Shown here piece by piece: positions 19,515 to 29,456 of a stretch of DNA of 54,636 nucleotides. The stretch comes from an uncultured Oscillospiraceae bacterium. GTDB lineage: Bacteria > Bacillota > Clostridia > Oscillospirales > Acutalibacteraceae. How positions within the stretch are numbered: the stretch's first letter is position 1; each line of letters opens with the position of its first letter. Location of the stretch: the NCBI GenBank assembly GCA_900547275.1, contig URGA01000001.1, positions 1 to 54,636 on the forward strand, read 5' to 3'. The notes beneath the pieces were generated by a model. It was not told where the DNA came from, ran no database searches, and was given only the letters and a program-made list of their open reading frames with translations. The position numbers and the translations under genes were made by a program.

Positions 19515-20839
19515 TTTTTGCCCTCTCCCCTTTCGCGGATTATAAATCTGACGGGTGTGCCGTCAAGACCGAAAACATCGCGAATCTGATTTTCAAGATA
19601 ACGCTGATATGAAAAATGAAAAAGCTGAGAATCGTTTACAAAAAAGACGAAAGTCGGAGGACAGGTAGAAGCCTGGGTCATATAATATATCTTCAGCCTC
19701 TTTCCCTTATCTGTAGGAGGCTGAACTCTTGCAGTTGCATCTGCCAGTATTTCATTAAGTTTACCGGTTGAAATGCGCATTGAGTGGTGAGCATTGACAG
19801 AAACTATCATTTCAAAAAGTCTGTCAAGGCGCTGACCTGTTTTAGCAGAAATGAAAATGATAGGAGCGAAGCGCATAAACGAAAAATCGTTTTGAAGCTT
19901 TTCGCGGTATTTCTGCATCGTGGTGCCATCCTTCTCAACGGCGTCCCACTTATTAACAGCGATAAGACATGCTTTGCCCTGCTCCAGCGCAATTCCGGCA
20001 ACTTTTGAATCCTGCTCTGTAAAACCTTCAACAGCGTCTATCATTATTACACAGACGTTTGCGCGTTCAACAGCCATTCTGGCGCGGATTATGCTGTATT
20101 TTTCAATAGCGTCGTTTATCTTGCTCTTTCTTCTGATACCGGCGGTATCAATAAGAGTAAATTTTCCAAACTGATTTTCAACAAAAGTATCTGTTGTATC
20201 TCTTGTTGTTCCGGCGATATTTGAAACGATAGCTCTGTTTTCTCCGCTGATTTTATTTACAAGGGAAGATTTGCCTACATTCGGTTTTCCGATAATAGCA
20301 ACTTTAATAGAATCGTCGTCCTCTTCTTCCCCATCGTTTTGCGGGAAGTAAGAAATAATCCTGTCAAGCAGATCTCCTGTTCCGTGACCGTGAGTAGCAG
20401 AAACTCCCACCGGGTCACCCATGCCGAGATTGTAAAACTCATAAAACTCAGGATCTGGTGCTCCTACGCTGTCACACTTGTTTACGCAAAGGATAACGGG
20501 TTTTCCGCTTTTAAGAAGCATCTGCGCAACGTCGTGGTCAGTTGCAACAACACCGCTTCTTAAATCGGTCACGAGAATAATCACGTCCGCCGATTCAATA
20601 GCCACATTTGCCTGCTGACGCATCTGAGACAAAATCACATCGTCGCTGTCCGGCTCTATACCGCCGGTATCAACAAGCAGAAAATGATGATTGAGCCACT
20701 CACAGTCGCCGTAAATGCGGTCACGGGTAACGCCGGGAGTATCGTCAACAATAGAAAGCCTTGTTCCTATTAACTTGTTAAAAAGAGTTGATTTGCCGAC
20801 ATTCGGTCTGCCGACAATCGCAACAACAGGTTTTGACAT
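19511..20839 (-). CDS. der: Ribosome-associated GTPase Der/EngA
   Basis: Two tandem G domains (GRPNVGKST and GKPNVGKSS) plus a KH-like C-terminus. 442 aa. Confidence 0.95.
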   Translation of the reverse strand: MSKPVVAIVGRPNVGKSTLFNKLIGTRLSIVDDTPGVTRDRIYGDCEWLNHHFLLVDTGGIEPDSDDVILSQMRQQANVAIESADVIILVTDLRSGVVATDHDVAQMLLKSGKPVILCVNKCDSVGAPDPEFYEFYNLGMGDPVGVSATHGHGTGDLLDRIISYFPQNDGEEEDDDSIKVAIIGKPNVGKSSLVNKISGENRAIVSNIAGTTRDTTDTFVENQFGKFTLIDTAGIRRKSKINDAIEKYSIIRARMAVERANVCVIMIDAVEGFTEQDSKVAGIALEQGKACLIAVNKWDAVEKDGTTMQKYREKLQNDFSFMRFAPIIFISAKTGQRLDRLFEMIVSVNAHHSMRISTGKLNEILADATARVQPPTDKGKRLKIYYMTQASTCPPTFVFFVNDSQLFHFSYQRYLENQIRDVFGLDGTPVRFIIRERGEGKK

Positions 20840-20857
20840 TGAAACATCTCCTTATAA

Positions 20858-20897
20858 CAAGAAAGGCGGACATTGTCTTCCCCAGACTCGTCCGCCG
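20858..20897 (-). terminator. Terminator hairpin between rpmF and der
   Basis: GGCGGAC...GTCCGCC outer stem with an inner GTCT/AGAC stem. On the minus strand it is followed by UUUCUUGUU. Confidence 0.65.
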
Positions 20898-20913
20898 TTT
20901 TGTTCTAAATCCC

Positions 20914-21099
20914 TTAAGCTTCGTCCTTGCTTACAACTTCTTTGCCGTTGTAATAGCCGCAGTTAGCACATACTTTGTGAGGTACTGTGTAACCTGAGCA
21001 ATTCGGGCACTTTACAAGGGTGGGAGCGTTGAGCTTCCAAACGCTTGAACGTCTCTTGTTCTTTCTTGCTTTTGAAGTTTTTCTTGCGGGTACTGCCAT
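20914..21099 (-). CDS. rpmF: 50S ribosomal protein L32
   Basis: [18 protein letters not shown]-terminus and CPNC...CANC zinc ribbon. 61 aa. Confidence 0.95.
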   Translation of the reverse strand: MAVPARKTSKARKNKRRSSVWKLNAPTLVKCPNCSGYTVPHKVCANCGYYNGKEVVSKDEA

Positions 21100-21130
21100 T
21101 TCAATAGCCTCCTTTTATCATACAAACGCT

Positions 21131-21634
21131 TTATTCTTCATCAAGCAACTGCAAAAGAGCTTCCATTCTGGGGTCAACATCCTTTTTGCAATCGCATTTT
21201 TCAATATTAAGATTTTTGCCGCATTTGGGGCAAAGTCCTTTGCAGTCGGGCTTACACAAAATCTTTGACGGTAAAAACAAGATAAGTTCTTCTCGTATCA
21301 ATTCGTAAAGATCAATCTGTCTGTTTTCAACAACGACGTATTCGTCATCGCCGTCATCTTCGTTCTGAAGATCTTCAACAAGTATTTTGCTGACGTCAAA
21401 CTCCATTTGACGCTCCACTGGTTCAGCGCATCTGTCGCAAAAACCTTCAAACGTAAAGTCAACGTGTAGTTCGAGAAAATTAACGTCAGCTTTTGAGTAA
21501 GCTCGCCCGAAAACGTGAACGTCTTTTTTGATAGGACAATAGGTAGCGTAAAGCAAATCGCTGAAAACAAGGTTGCAGTCAACGGGAATTTTCGCTGCGT
21601 CGCCGCAAAACAGTTTTTCAAGGTCTAACTTCAC
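21131..21634 (-). CDS. yceD: YceD/DUF177 family protein (partner of the L32 operon)
   Basis: 167 aa with C-terminal CKPDCKGLCPKCGKNLN. Conserved position upstream of rpmF. GTG start after GAGGTGG. Confidence 0.85.
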   Translation of the reverse strand: MKLDLEKLFCGDAAKIPVDCNLVFSDLLYATYCPIKKDVHVFGRAYSKADVNFLELHVDFTFEGFCDRCAEPVERQMEFDVSKILVEDLQNEDDGDDEYVVVENRQIDLYELIREELILFLPSKILCKPDCKGLCPKCGKNLNIEKCDCKKDVDPRMEALLQLLDEE

Positions 21635-21662
21635 ATTACCACCTCACGTTCGCACTTTAAGT

Positions 21663-21691
21663 ATTATATATATAAGAAGCCGCTTTGTCAA
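21663..21691 (-). promoter_or_regulatory. Consensus sigma-A promoter of yceD-rpmF
   Basis: Minus strand TTGACA (21691-21686), 17-nt spacer, TATAAT (21668-21663). Confidence 0.6.
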
Positions 21692-21705
21692 TACCAAATT
21701 TTTAA

Positions 21706-21741
21706 CAAAGCAAAAATTAAAGAGCCTTCGCAGGCTCTTTA
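21706..21741 (-). terminator. Rho-independent terminator of the 138-aa P-loop gene
   Basis: AAAGAGCC-TGCGAA-GGCTCTTT followed by AAUUUUU on the minus strand. Confidence 0.8.
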
Positions 21742-21757
21742 ATCTGAATGCGTTTAC

Positions 21758-22174
21758 TTAAAGTTCTTCGCAATAATCGAAAATCTCAACCGGCAAATCT
21801 TCCTTATCACAGCTGATTGTGAAGTAGAAATTAACATCCTGAGCTTCACTGAGTTCAGAAAGCATTTCAAAGAACTGAACGAGTTTGTCATACTTTCTGC
21901 CAACGATTTTGAATGTAGCGTCTACCAACACATCGGTTACATCGTAGTTACCTGCGCAAATACCGGCAAGATAACCGTAAAATGCCTTGCAGCCGCTGAT
22001 ACGGTATGTATCAGTCTCAAGCAGGCGTGCTTTTGATGAAACGTCATAAGTGAGTTTAGGCTCTTTTTCGATGCAAACAACGTTGCCGTCAGATTTCTCA
22101 ACGCAAGCGTTTACGAGATCAATAAGTTTTTTAGTTTTGCCTGAGCCTTTGTTGCCTATGATGAGTTTAATCAT
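21758..22174 (-). CDS. Small stand-alone P-loop (Walker A/B) protein, function unknown
   Basis: 138 aa. N-terminal IIGNKGSGKTKK (Walker A) and a VLVDAT Walker-B-like strand. Strong RBS GGAGGA and its own terminator. Confidence 0.6.
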   Translation of the reverse strand: MIKLIIGNKGSGKTKKLIDLVNACVEKSDGNVVCIEKEPKLTYDVSSKARLLETDTYRISGCKAFYGYLAGICAGNYDVTDVLVDATFKIVGRKYDKLVQFFEMLSELSEAQDVNFYFTISCDKEDLPVEIFDYCEEL

Positions 22175-22214
22175 TTATTATTCCTCCAAAGGATTTATTT
22201 TCAATCTTATTCTA

Positions 22215-23558
22215 TCATAAGCCGAGCTGTTTTTCAAGGTTTTCTTTTTCACTTTCATAGCCGGGTTTGCCAAGCAGTGCAAACATATTCTTTTTGTAGC
22301 TTTCAACGCCGGGCTGGTTGAATGGATTAACTCCGAGAATATAGCCTGAAATAGCGCAAGCCTTTTCGAAGAAATAAATCATATAGCCGATGTTTTCAGC
22401 ATCAATAGCGTCTGCTTCAATGATGAAGTTGCCTACGCCGCCTGCTGTATGAGCCAGCAGAGTGCCCTGACGAGCCTTTTCGTTAACATAGCTCATTGTT
22501 TTGCCTGCAAGGAAATTAAGGCCGTCAATATTGCCCTCTTCCTCTTTAATAACGTAATCTGAAACAGGACTGTCAAACTTAACAACCGTTTCAAACATAA
22601 GAGAAGAACCGCTCTCCTGGATAAACTGTCCAACAGAATGAAGGTCGGTAGAAAATACGCAGGATACTGGATAAAGTCCCTTGCCGTCCTTGCCTTCACT
22701 CTCAGCAAAGAGCTGTTTTAACCATTCATTGAACATTGTCATGCAGGGTTCATACGAAACGAAGCATTCAAGTCTCTTTCCTTTATCATAAAAACAGTTG
22801 CGGGCAGCGGCATAGCGCAGGCAGTCATTCTTTTCAATCGACGGCTCGCAAAGCGCTTTCTGAGCCTTTGCAGCGCCTGCCATAAGGCTTTCGATATCGA
22901 TACCGGCAACAGCGATGGGAAGAAGTCCTACTGCTGTAAGAACGCTGTAACGGCCTCCTACATCGTCGGGTACAACAAATGTTTCATATCCCTCTTTATC
23001 TGCAAGTTCTTTAAGGGTTCCTTTTGCCTTATCAGTTGTGCAGAAAATGCGCTTAGCGGCTTCTTCGGGCGAATATTTTGAGTTGACCATTTCGCGGAAT
23101 ACGCGGAAAGCAATAGCGGGTTCGGTTGTTGTACCGCTCTTGCTGATAACGTTAACGCATATATCCTTATCAGCGCAAAGTTCAACAATCTCGTTAAGCA
23201 TTGAAGGGCTGATAGAATTGCCGATAAAGAAAATTTGTGGAGTATCTTTACAAAGCAGATTGTAGTTTTGTGATTTGATTGCTTCGATAACGGCTCGGGC
23301 GCCAAGATAGGAGCCGCCTATTCCGATAACGATAAGTACATCTGCGTTCTTTTTAATGTATTCAGCGGCTTTCTGAATTCTGCCAAACTCTTCTTTGTCA
23401 TATTCAGTGGGCAGATCTACCCAGCCGAGGAAATCGTTGCCTTCTCCGGTTTTGTTCATCAGAGTGTTCATAGCCTCAACGGCTTTTGTCTCCATGTTCA
23501 TCAATTCGGTTTTGCTGACAAAGCTTTCAGCAAAACTGCTGTTAAATTTAAGTGCCAT
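22215..23558 (-). CDS. pgi: Glucose-6-phosphate isomerase
   Basis: 447 aa. GIGGSYLG and DVGGRYSVL signatures. Confidence 0.95.
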   Translation of the reverse strand: MALKFNSSFAESFVSKTELMNMETKAVEAMNTLMNKTGEGNDFLGWVDLPTEYDKEEFGRIQKAAEYIKKNADVLIVIGIGGSYLGARAVIEAIKSQNYNLLCKDTPQIFFIGNSISPSMLNEIVELCADKDICVNVISKSGTTTEPAIAFRVFREMVNSKYSPEEAAKRIFCTTDKAKGTLKELADKEGYETFVVPDDVGGRYSVLTAVGLLPIAVAGIDIESLMAGAAKAQKALCEPSIEKNDCLRYAAARNCFYDKGKRLECFVSYEPCMTMFNEWLKQLFAESEGKDGKGLYPVSCVFSTDLHSVGQFIQESGSSLMFETVVKFDSPVSDYVIKEEEGNIDGLNFLAGKTMSYVNEKARQGTLLAHTAGGVGNFIIEADAIDAENIGYMIYFFEKACAISGYILGVNPFNQPGVESYKKNMFALLGKPGYESEKENLEKQLGL

Positions 23559-23633
23559 AATGTAACCTCAATTCTTTATTGAATTCCGAAAAGATATTTT
23601 ACATCACTTTAGCACGTTTTTCAACACTTATTT

Positions 23634-24770
23634 TCAAAATGTCCTTAAAAACTGCACAAACACACCTGCAAAAGTCGTCTTATTTATATTTTCCGGGGAT
23701 ATGACGATTAAAACGGCGATTTTCTTACCGTCAGCCACAACGTTTATCTCTCCCAAAACGTCGCCTTTCTTAATCGGCGCGGAAACTTCTTTGTTTATCT
23801 TGTATTCATATGTAAATGAATTTTTACCTTTTTCGCATAAGATTTTCTGATTACCGGAAAGTACGGGAGTAATTGATTTTTTATCTCCGCCTTTAACGGA
23901 AACGGCAGTGATTTTTCTTAAATCAGGTTCTGTCGAATATACTCCGTAGTTTGCAAAGCCGGTGTCTAAAAGATAAGTGGCCGACGAAAATCGTTCTTCG
24001 CTTGTTTTTGAACCCAATACCACTGCAACTAAATTCATTCCGTCTCTGCAGGCAGTAGCGCAAAGGCAGAAGCCGGCAGCTTCGGTTGTGCCTGTTTTTA
24101 GTCCGGTTATACCGTCGTAAGTATTTACTAATTTGTTTGTGTTATTAAGTTCTGTTTCACCGTTTCTCAAACTGTCTAGCCAAACGGTTGTATATTTTTT
24201 AACAACGTCGTGTTTCATAACTTCGCAGGCAATAACCGCAAGGTCATAGGCAGACGAATAATGATTTTTTATGGCGTCGTCAAGACCTGTGCAGTTTTCA
24301 AAATTAGTATCTTTAAGCCCGAGTTCTTTAGCTCTGTCATTCATCATTTTAACAAATGCCGTTTCAGAGCCGGCAATGTACTCGCCGAGAGCAGTGCAGG
24401 CGTCATTGGCAGAAGCTATTATAGTTGCTTTAAGCAGTTCTTCAACTGTCATCTGCTCCCCTACTTCAAGCCATATCTGGGAGCCTCCTTTTGACATTGC
24501 GTTCTCGCTTGCGGTAACGGTGTCTCCGAGACTGATTTTTCCGCTGTCTATTGCTTCTGCAATAAGAAGGATTGAAAGTATTTTTGTAACAGAGGCAGGC
24601 GAACGCCTTTCATCAGCGTTTTTTTCGTAAAGAATGTCGCCTGTATCCATACACATAAGAATTGCAGACTTTGCGCTTACCTTTTCCTCATCAAAACCTG
24701 AGGCGTAGCACTTTGCGGGAACGGCAAGAAAGACACAAAAAGAAAGCAAAAATATCATTATTTTTTTCAT
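23634..24770 (-). CDS. D-alanyl-D-alanine carboxypeptidase (low-MW PBP, PBP5/DacB/DacF type)
   Basis: Signal peptide, then SxxK (SVTK), SxN (SAND) and KTG (LKTGTT). C-terminal beta-sandwich region and hydrophobic tail. Confidence 0.9.
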   Translation of the reverse strand: MKKIMIFLLSFCVFLAVPAKCYASGFDEEKVSAKSAILMCMDTGDILYEKNADERRSPASVTKILSILLIAEAIDSGKISLGDTVTASENAMSKGGSQIWLEVGEQMTVEELLKATIIASANDACTALGEYIAGSETAFVKMMNDRAKELGLKDTNFENCTGLDDAIKNHYSSAYDLAVIACEVMKHDVVKKYTTVWLDSLRNGETELNNTNKLVNTYDGITGLKTGTTEAAGFCLCATACRDGMNLVAVVLGSKTSEERFSSATYLLDTGFANYGVYSTEPDLRKITAVSVKGGDKKSITPVLSGNQKILCEKGKNSFTYEYKINKEVSAPIKKGDVLGEINVVADGKKIAVLIVISPENINKTTFAGVFVQFLRTF

Positions 24771-24858
24771 AATTATCACCAGTTAATATTATTACCTTAA
24801 ACTTGTAATCATGATACATTTTTGTTATAATTGACACATTCTGATTAGGAGATTTGGA

Positions 24859-26142
24859 ATGAAAGCTGCAATTTATACATTAGGTTGTAAAGTCAACCAG
24901 TACGAAAGCGAATATATGGCTGAATTGCTTCAGAAAGCAGGATTTGAAATTGTTTCTGCAAACGATGAGGCCGATTATTATATCATCAATTCATGTACAG
25001 TTACCGCCACAGCGGATCAAAAAACAAGACAGCACGTTCGCCAGTTTAAGCGCAAGCATCCTTCTTCATGCATTATCCTTACGGGATGTATGCCCCAGGC
25101 GTTTCCTGAAGAAGCGAAAGCGCTGGGCGAAGCAGATATCGTTATTTCAAATAAAAGTGACAGCGATATTGTCCATTTGATAAAAAAACACGAAGCAGAA
25201 AAAGAACGTGTTATTGATATTGACAGGCATTGTACAGGCGATCCGTTTACGCCATGCTCAATCAGCGGCTTTGGCGGCAGAATTCGTGCTTTTGTAAAAA
25301 TTGAAGACGGATGCGACCGATTCTGCTCATATTGCATTATTCCTACTTCAAGGGGGAGAGTTCGCTCGAAGAACCCCGAAGACTTAACAGCAGAGGTAAA
25401 AACGCTGGCTCAAAACGGGATTAAAGAGATAGTGCTTGTCGGCATTAACCTTTCCGCCTACGGTAAAAACGAAAATTACGATATTGCAGACGCTGTAAAG
25501 ATATGCAGTGATACAGACGGTATTGTCAGGGTGCGCCTTGGCTCTCTGGAACCCGACCATATTACCGACGAGATTATAGAAAAACTGGCTGAATGTGAAA
25601 AATTCTGTCCCCAGTTTCATATTTCGCTTCAAAGCGGCTGCACCAAAACGCTGAAAAATATGAACCGTCATTACACGGCAGAGGAATACGAAGAACTATG
25701 TATAAAACTTCGTTCAACGTTTCCTGACGCTTCCATTACAACTGACGTAATGGTTGGCTTTAACGAAGAAAGCGAAGATGATTTCCGGGAAAGCCTTGAA
25801 TTTGTTAAGAAAATCGGTTTTGAAAAAGTCCACGTTTTCCCCTACTCAGAGCGCAAAGGAACTCTTGCTTCCCGCAAAGGCGACAGCGTTTCAAAATCAG
25901 TCAAAGAAAAACGTGCTGCTGAGATGATCTCGCAGGCTGATGCTCTCAGAAAAGAATTCTTCAAAAAGTATTTAGGAAAATCAATTCGAGTTCTTGTTGA
26001 AAACAAAATCGGAGATTTTCTTTACAGCGGATACACTGAAAATTATCTGCCTGTTCACATAAAATCTGATAATTGCAAAATAGGACAAATAGTCAGCGTA
26101 ACTGTCAAAGAAATTGGAGACGATTACTGCATCGCAGAATAA
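24859..26142 (+). CDS. mtaB: tRNA (t6A37) methylthiotransferase MtaB
   Basis: UPF0004 N-domain (YTLGCKVNQYES), radical-SAM CDRFCSYC and a TRAM C-terminus. 427 aa. Confidence 0.88.
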   Translation: MKAAIYTLGCKVNQYESEYMAELLQKAGFEIVSANDEADYYIINSCTVTATADQKTRQHVRQFKRKHPSSCIILTGCMPQAFPEEAKALGEADIVISNKSDSDIVHLIKKHEAEKERVIDIDRHCTGDPFTPCSISGFGGRIRAFVKIEDGCDRFCSYCIIPTSRGRVRSKNPEDLTAEVKTLAQNGIKEIVLVGINLSAYGKNENYDIADAVKICSDTDGIVRVRLGSLEPDHITDEIIEKLAECEKFCPQFHISLQSGCTKTLKNMNRHYTAEEYEELCIKLRSTFPDASITTDVMVGFNEESEDDFRESLEFVKKIGFEKVHVFPYSERKGTLASRKGDSVSKSVKEKRAAEMISQADALRKEFFKKYLGKSIRVLVENKIGDFLYSGYTENYLPVHIKSDNCKIGQIVSVTVKEIGDDYCIAE

Positions 26143-27302
26143 AGATTTGATACTTCTTTTTGCAGATCTTCGTCTTGAAGATAGCTGTATGAAAAGACGT
26201 AATATCCGCTTACTGCGTCTATTTGTGCAATATACTTGATTTGGCGGGAAATCATGTCGCTGTTTTCTTTAAATTCGTTTTCTCCCCTGCCCGCATATTC
26301 GTCTACCTTTCCGCATTTATAAAGCGGAAGACCGATATACAGTGAACAGGACGTTACCTGGTCCCTCCAGTCTTTTACTGTTTTCATAAACGGAAGACTG
26401 TCGTTGAAAAACCCGAAATATACCTGAGGACATATGTAATCGCAGTAACCCTCTTCAGTGGTCCACTTATAGACGTCTGCATAAAGACTTTCGTAGTCGT
26501 TTTTCATTCCGGCAGCGGGACTTATGCCGAAAAGCACATTCTTATTTGCTTTTTTAACAGCACTATATACGCTTTTTATCATATCGCTTACATTTTCCCG
26601 TCTCCATGCTGCAAGACCCAGTTCTCCGCCGTTGTCTTTATAATCGTCATATTCATTTTTATCAATATCTTTATCAGTGGTAGGATAAAAATAATCATCA
26701 AAGTGTATGGCGTCTACTTCGTAATTCTTTACAATTTCAGTAACTCCGTTAACGATAAGTTTTTTAACTTCTTCGCTGGCAGGATTAAAATAAATTGCTT
26801 TGTCGGCTATGTAAACGTTGCCGTTTTTTTCTTCACACCACTTTTTTGCAATATTATTTTCCGAAAGCTTTTTAATATCTTTTTGCTGGCTTACTCTATA
26901 TGGGTTTACCCAGGCTTCTATTCTCATTTTTGTACTGTCAGCCGCTTCGCACATTATCTGCAGTGGATCGTACTTAAGTTCACTTCCCTCTTCACCAAAG
27001 CAATATTGACTGACCGGGAAATACGAAGAATTATAAAACGCGTCAGCACATGGCCGAACTTGAACCGTAACCGTGTTAAAGCCCTTGTCGTGCAGATTGT
27101 CAAACGCATCTGTTATCTGTTCTTTGAATTCTTCTGCAGTATTGCAATTTTCAGTAAAAGATTGAAGTTCGTAATACGTTATCCAAACCGCTTTGACGTA
27201 TAATGCGTCAGACGGCTGGGAGTTACTGCTTTTCTTTTGAGTTTCAGCGGAGCATGAACAAAGCAGCAGAACTGATAAAATACAAATCAAAATTTTCTTC
27301 AT
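26124..27302 (-). CDS. Lipoprotein of the glycosyl-hydrolase-like 10 (YngK/DUF187-type) family
   Basis: Signal peptide with lipobox-like LLCSC. TIM-barrel-like pattern (VWITYYE..., DAIHFDDYFYP). The start is ATG 27302 or GTG 27311. Confidence 0.65.
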   Translation of the reverse strand: MKKILICILSVLLLCSCSAETQKKSSNSQPSDALYVKAVWITYYELQSFTENCNTAEEFKEQITDAFDNLHDKGFNTVTVQVRPCADAFYNSSYFPVSQYCFGEEGSELKYDPLQIMCEAADSTKMRIEAWVNPYRVSQQKDIKKLSENNIAKKWCEEKNGNVYIADKAIYFNPASEEVKKLIVNGVTEIVKNYEVDAIHFDDYFYPTTDKDIDKNEYDDYKDNGGELGLAAWRRENVSDMIKSVYSAVKKANKNVLFGISPAAGMKNDYESLYADVYKWTTEEGYCDYICPQVYFGFFNDSLPFMKTVKDWRDQVTSCSLYIGLPLYKCGKVDEYAGRGENEFKENSDMISRQIKYIAQIDAVSGYYVFSYSYLQDEDLQKEVSNLYSAMQ

Positions 27303-27349
27303 ACTTGACACTTTCTTAAAATTAAGTAAAATTAAAATCAGGTGATATT

Positions 27350-27664
27350 ATGGAATACAGATTAGGTACCGATTTAAGAATAAAATCCCGTGGCGAAACA
27401 GAACATCTTACATGTCCCTCCTGCGGAAAAAAGGTGAAATTCGGCGTTTTTTCAAATTACGAGAGGCGTTATGCGGTGAAGTTCCCAATTCCGCTGGATT
27501 GCCACACAGTTTATTTTCTTATCTGCCCGTCATGCGCGTCCGTTTTCGGGGTTAGCGAAGAATGCGGCGACAGTTTTAAAAAGGGCGAAAAACTTTCTAT
27601 AGGAAACTTTGACTTAAAGCAGTTAAAACCATTCAAACCTGATCTGAAAGACGGTGAAGAATGA
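27350..27664 (+). CDS. Small zinc-ribbon protein, function unknown
   Basis: 104 aa. CPSCGKK ... CPSCASV (two CxxC pairs). RBS AGGTGA. The stop overlaps the start of the next gene (ATGA). Confidence 0.6.
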   Translation: MEYRLGTDLRIKSRGETEHLTCPSCGKKVKFGVFSNYERRYAVKFPIPLDCHTVYFLICPSCASVFGVSEECGDSFKKGEKLSIGNFDLKQLKPFKPDLKDGEE

Positions 27665-27939
27665 TTTACGCTGTTGCAGGTCTTTGCTGGTTTATTGTTA
27701 TAAGTATTTTGTCAGTAATACTTACTGTTTCTGACAAAAAGCGTGCCCGTAAAGGCAAGTGGCGAATTCCGGAGCATACACTTTTTGCCGCGGCAATACT
27801 CGGCGGTGCAATTGCAATGTACATAACCATGCGCAAGATTCACCATAAAACACGTCATAAGCGATTTATGATCGGTCTGCCTGCGATAATAATTATTCAG
27901 GCGGCACTAATCGGATGTTTGTTATATTTTAATTTGTAA
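27661..27939 (+). CDS. DUF1294-family small membrane protein
   Basis: 92 aa. DKKRARKGKWRIPEHTLF...GGAIAMY...HHKTRHKRF pattern typical of DUF1294. Confidence 0.75.
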   Translation: MIYAVAGLCWFIVISILSVILTVSDKKRARKGKWRIPEHTLFAAAILGGAIAMYITMRKIHHKTRHKRFMIGLPAIIIIQAALIGCLLYFNL

Positions 27940-27977
27940 AAAACGGAGCGTTGGTAATTCAATGCTCCGTTTTTTTC
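27938..27977. terminator. Bidirectional terminator between the DUF1294 gene and spoIVA
   Basis: AAAACGGAGC-(14 nt)-GCTCCGTTTT with flanking A- and T-runs. Confidence 0.85.
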
Positions 27978-29453
27978 TTACAATATTATGCAGATAAGTC
28001 CGCTGCAGCCCTCATTGATAACGCGCTCAATGGTTTCTCTGAACTTATTTCTTGCGTCTTCAGGCATTCGGTAAAGTTTATTGTTAAGACCCTCGTTGAC
28101 AAGGTCAAGAAGTGGCTTTCCGAAAATGTTTGTGTTCCAAATCTCAGAGGGATTTTCCTCAAATTCTTTAAGAAGATACATAACAAGCTCCTGAGACTGG
28201 CTCTCACTGCCTACAATCGGCGCAACCTCCGTATATGTGTTGCATTTTATCATGTGGATAGACGGCGCCTGAGCTTTCAGTTTTACTCCGTAGCGGCCGC
28301 CCTGTTTCATTATTTCAGGTTCATCAAGGCGCATTTCATCCATTGAAGGCATAACAATACCGTAACCGCTGGCTTCCACATCTTGGAGAGCTTTTTCAAA
28401 CCGCGCAAATTTTTTCTTTACTTCCACAAGCGCCAGCATTTGAGCCATCAACTGTTTCTCATTGTGAATTGAAAGAGAGCATTTGTCTGAAAGAATTTGA
28501 TAGAAATATTTACTGCTGATTTGGATATTGATATGCACAGCGCCTGTAGATAAATCCATCTGAGCAATTCTTACTGCTTCAACGTGGGATTCTCCGCTTA
28601 ACAAATCAACAAATTTCTTTACGCTGTTAATTGATGAAAGCACCTGACAGTTTTCCTTAACTGATGCAAAAAGTTCTGATTTCATTTCGTTGTCGTCGTC
28701 AAGGCACTTGATCCATGCAGGCATATCAAGACTTACTGATGTAACAGGAAATTCGTAAAGAATTTGAGCAATTACCTGGTTTATTTCCTTCTCTGTCATT
28801 TCAAGACAGTTAGCGGGAATAACAGGCACTCCGTGTTTATCAGAAAGTTTAGAAGCAAGCTGAATAGTTTCAGATGCCGAAGGCGTTTCAGAATTCAGAA
28901 GAACAACAAATGGCTTAGAAAGAGATTTGAGTTCTTCAATTACCCTTTCCTCAGCCTCCTCGTATTCTTCACGGGGAATACTGCTTATGCTGCCGTCTGT
29001 AGTAACAACAAGCCCGATAGTAGAATGTTCGCAAATTACCTTCTTTGTGCCTATTTCAGCGGCCATGTTAAAAGGTATTTCCTCGTCGTACCACGGCGTA
29101 TGAACCATTCTCGGTTGATCTTCTTCGATATAACCAACAGAACTGGGAACAATGTATCCAACACAGTCGATAAGACGTACTCTGAACTGAACATTATCGT
29201 CCATTGTTAGCGTTACAGCTTCTTCTGGCACAAACTTAGGCTCAGTTGTCATAATCGTTCTTCCTGCCGCAGATTGAGGCAGTTCGTCTCTCGCGCGCTC
29301 CTTCTGATAATCTCCGTCGATATTGGGAATTACCATCGTGTCCATAAATCTCTTTATAAATGTTGATTTGCCCGTTCTAACAGGCCCAACAACTCCGATA
29401 TAAATATCCCCCTGCGTTCTGAGAGCGATATCGCTGTAAATATTGTTATTCAT
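27978..29453 (-). CDS. spoIVA: Stage IV sporulation protein A (spore coat morphogenetic ATPase)
   Basis: N-terminal DIYIGVVGPVRTGKSTFIKRFM (Walker A). 491 aa. SpoIVA-like across the full length. Confidence 0.95.
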   Translation of the reverse strand: MNNNIYSDIALRTQGDIYIGVVGPVRTGKSTFIKRFMDTMVIPNIDGDYQKERARDELPQSAAGRTIMTTEPKFVPEEAVTLTMDDNVQFRVRLIDCVGYIVPSSVGYIEEDQPRMVHTPWYDEEIPFNMAAEIGTKKVICEHSTIGLVVTTDGSISSIPREEYEEAEERVIEELKSLSKPFVVLLNSETPSASETIQLASKLSDKHGVPVIPANCLEMTEKEINQVIAQILYEFPVTSVSLDMPAWIKCLDDDNEMKSELFASVKENCQVLSSINSVKKFVDLLSGESHVEAVRIAQMDLSTGAVHINIQISSKYFYQILSDKCSLSIHNEKQLMAQMLALVEVKKKFARFEKALQDVEASGYGIVMPSMDEMRLDEPEIMKQGGRYGVKLKAQAPSIHMIKCNTYTEVAPIVGSESQSQELVMYLLKEFEENPSEIWNTNIFGKPLLDLVNEGLNNKLYRMPEDARNKFRETIERVINEGCSGLICIIL

Positions 29454-29456
29454 AAC

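Noticed and set aside
26703-27203. 166-aa plus-strand ORF
   Set aside because: It is antisense to the GHL10-type lipoprotein gene. It is F/I/N-rich junk composition with no SD.
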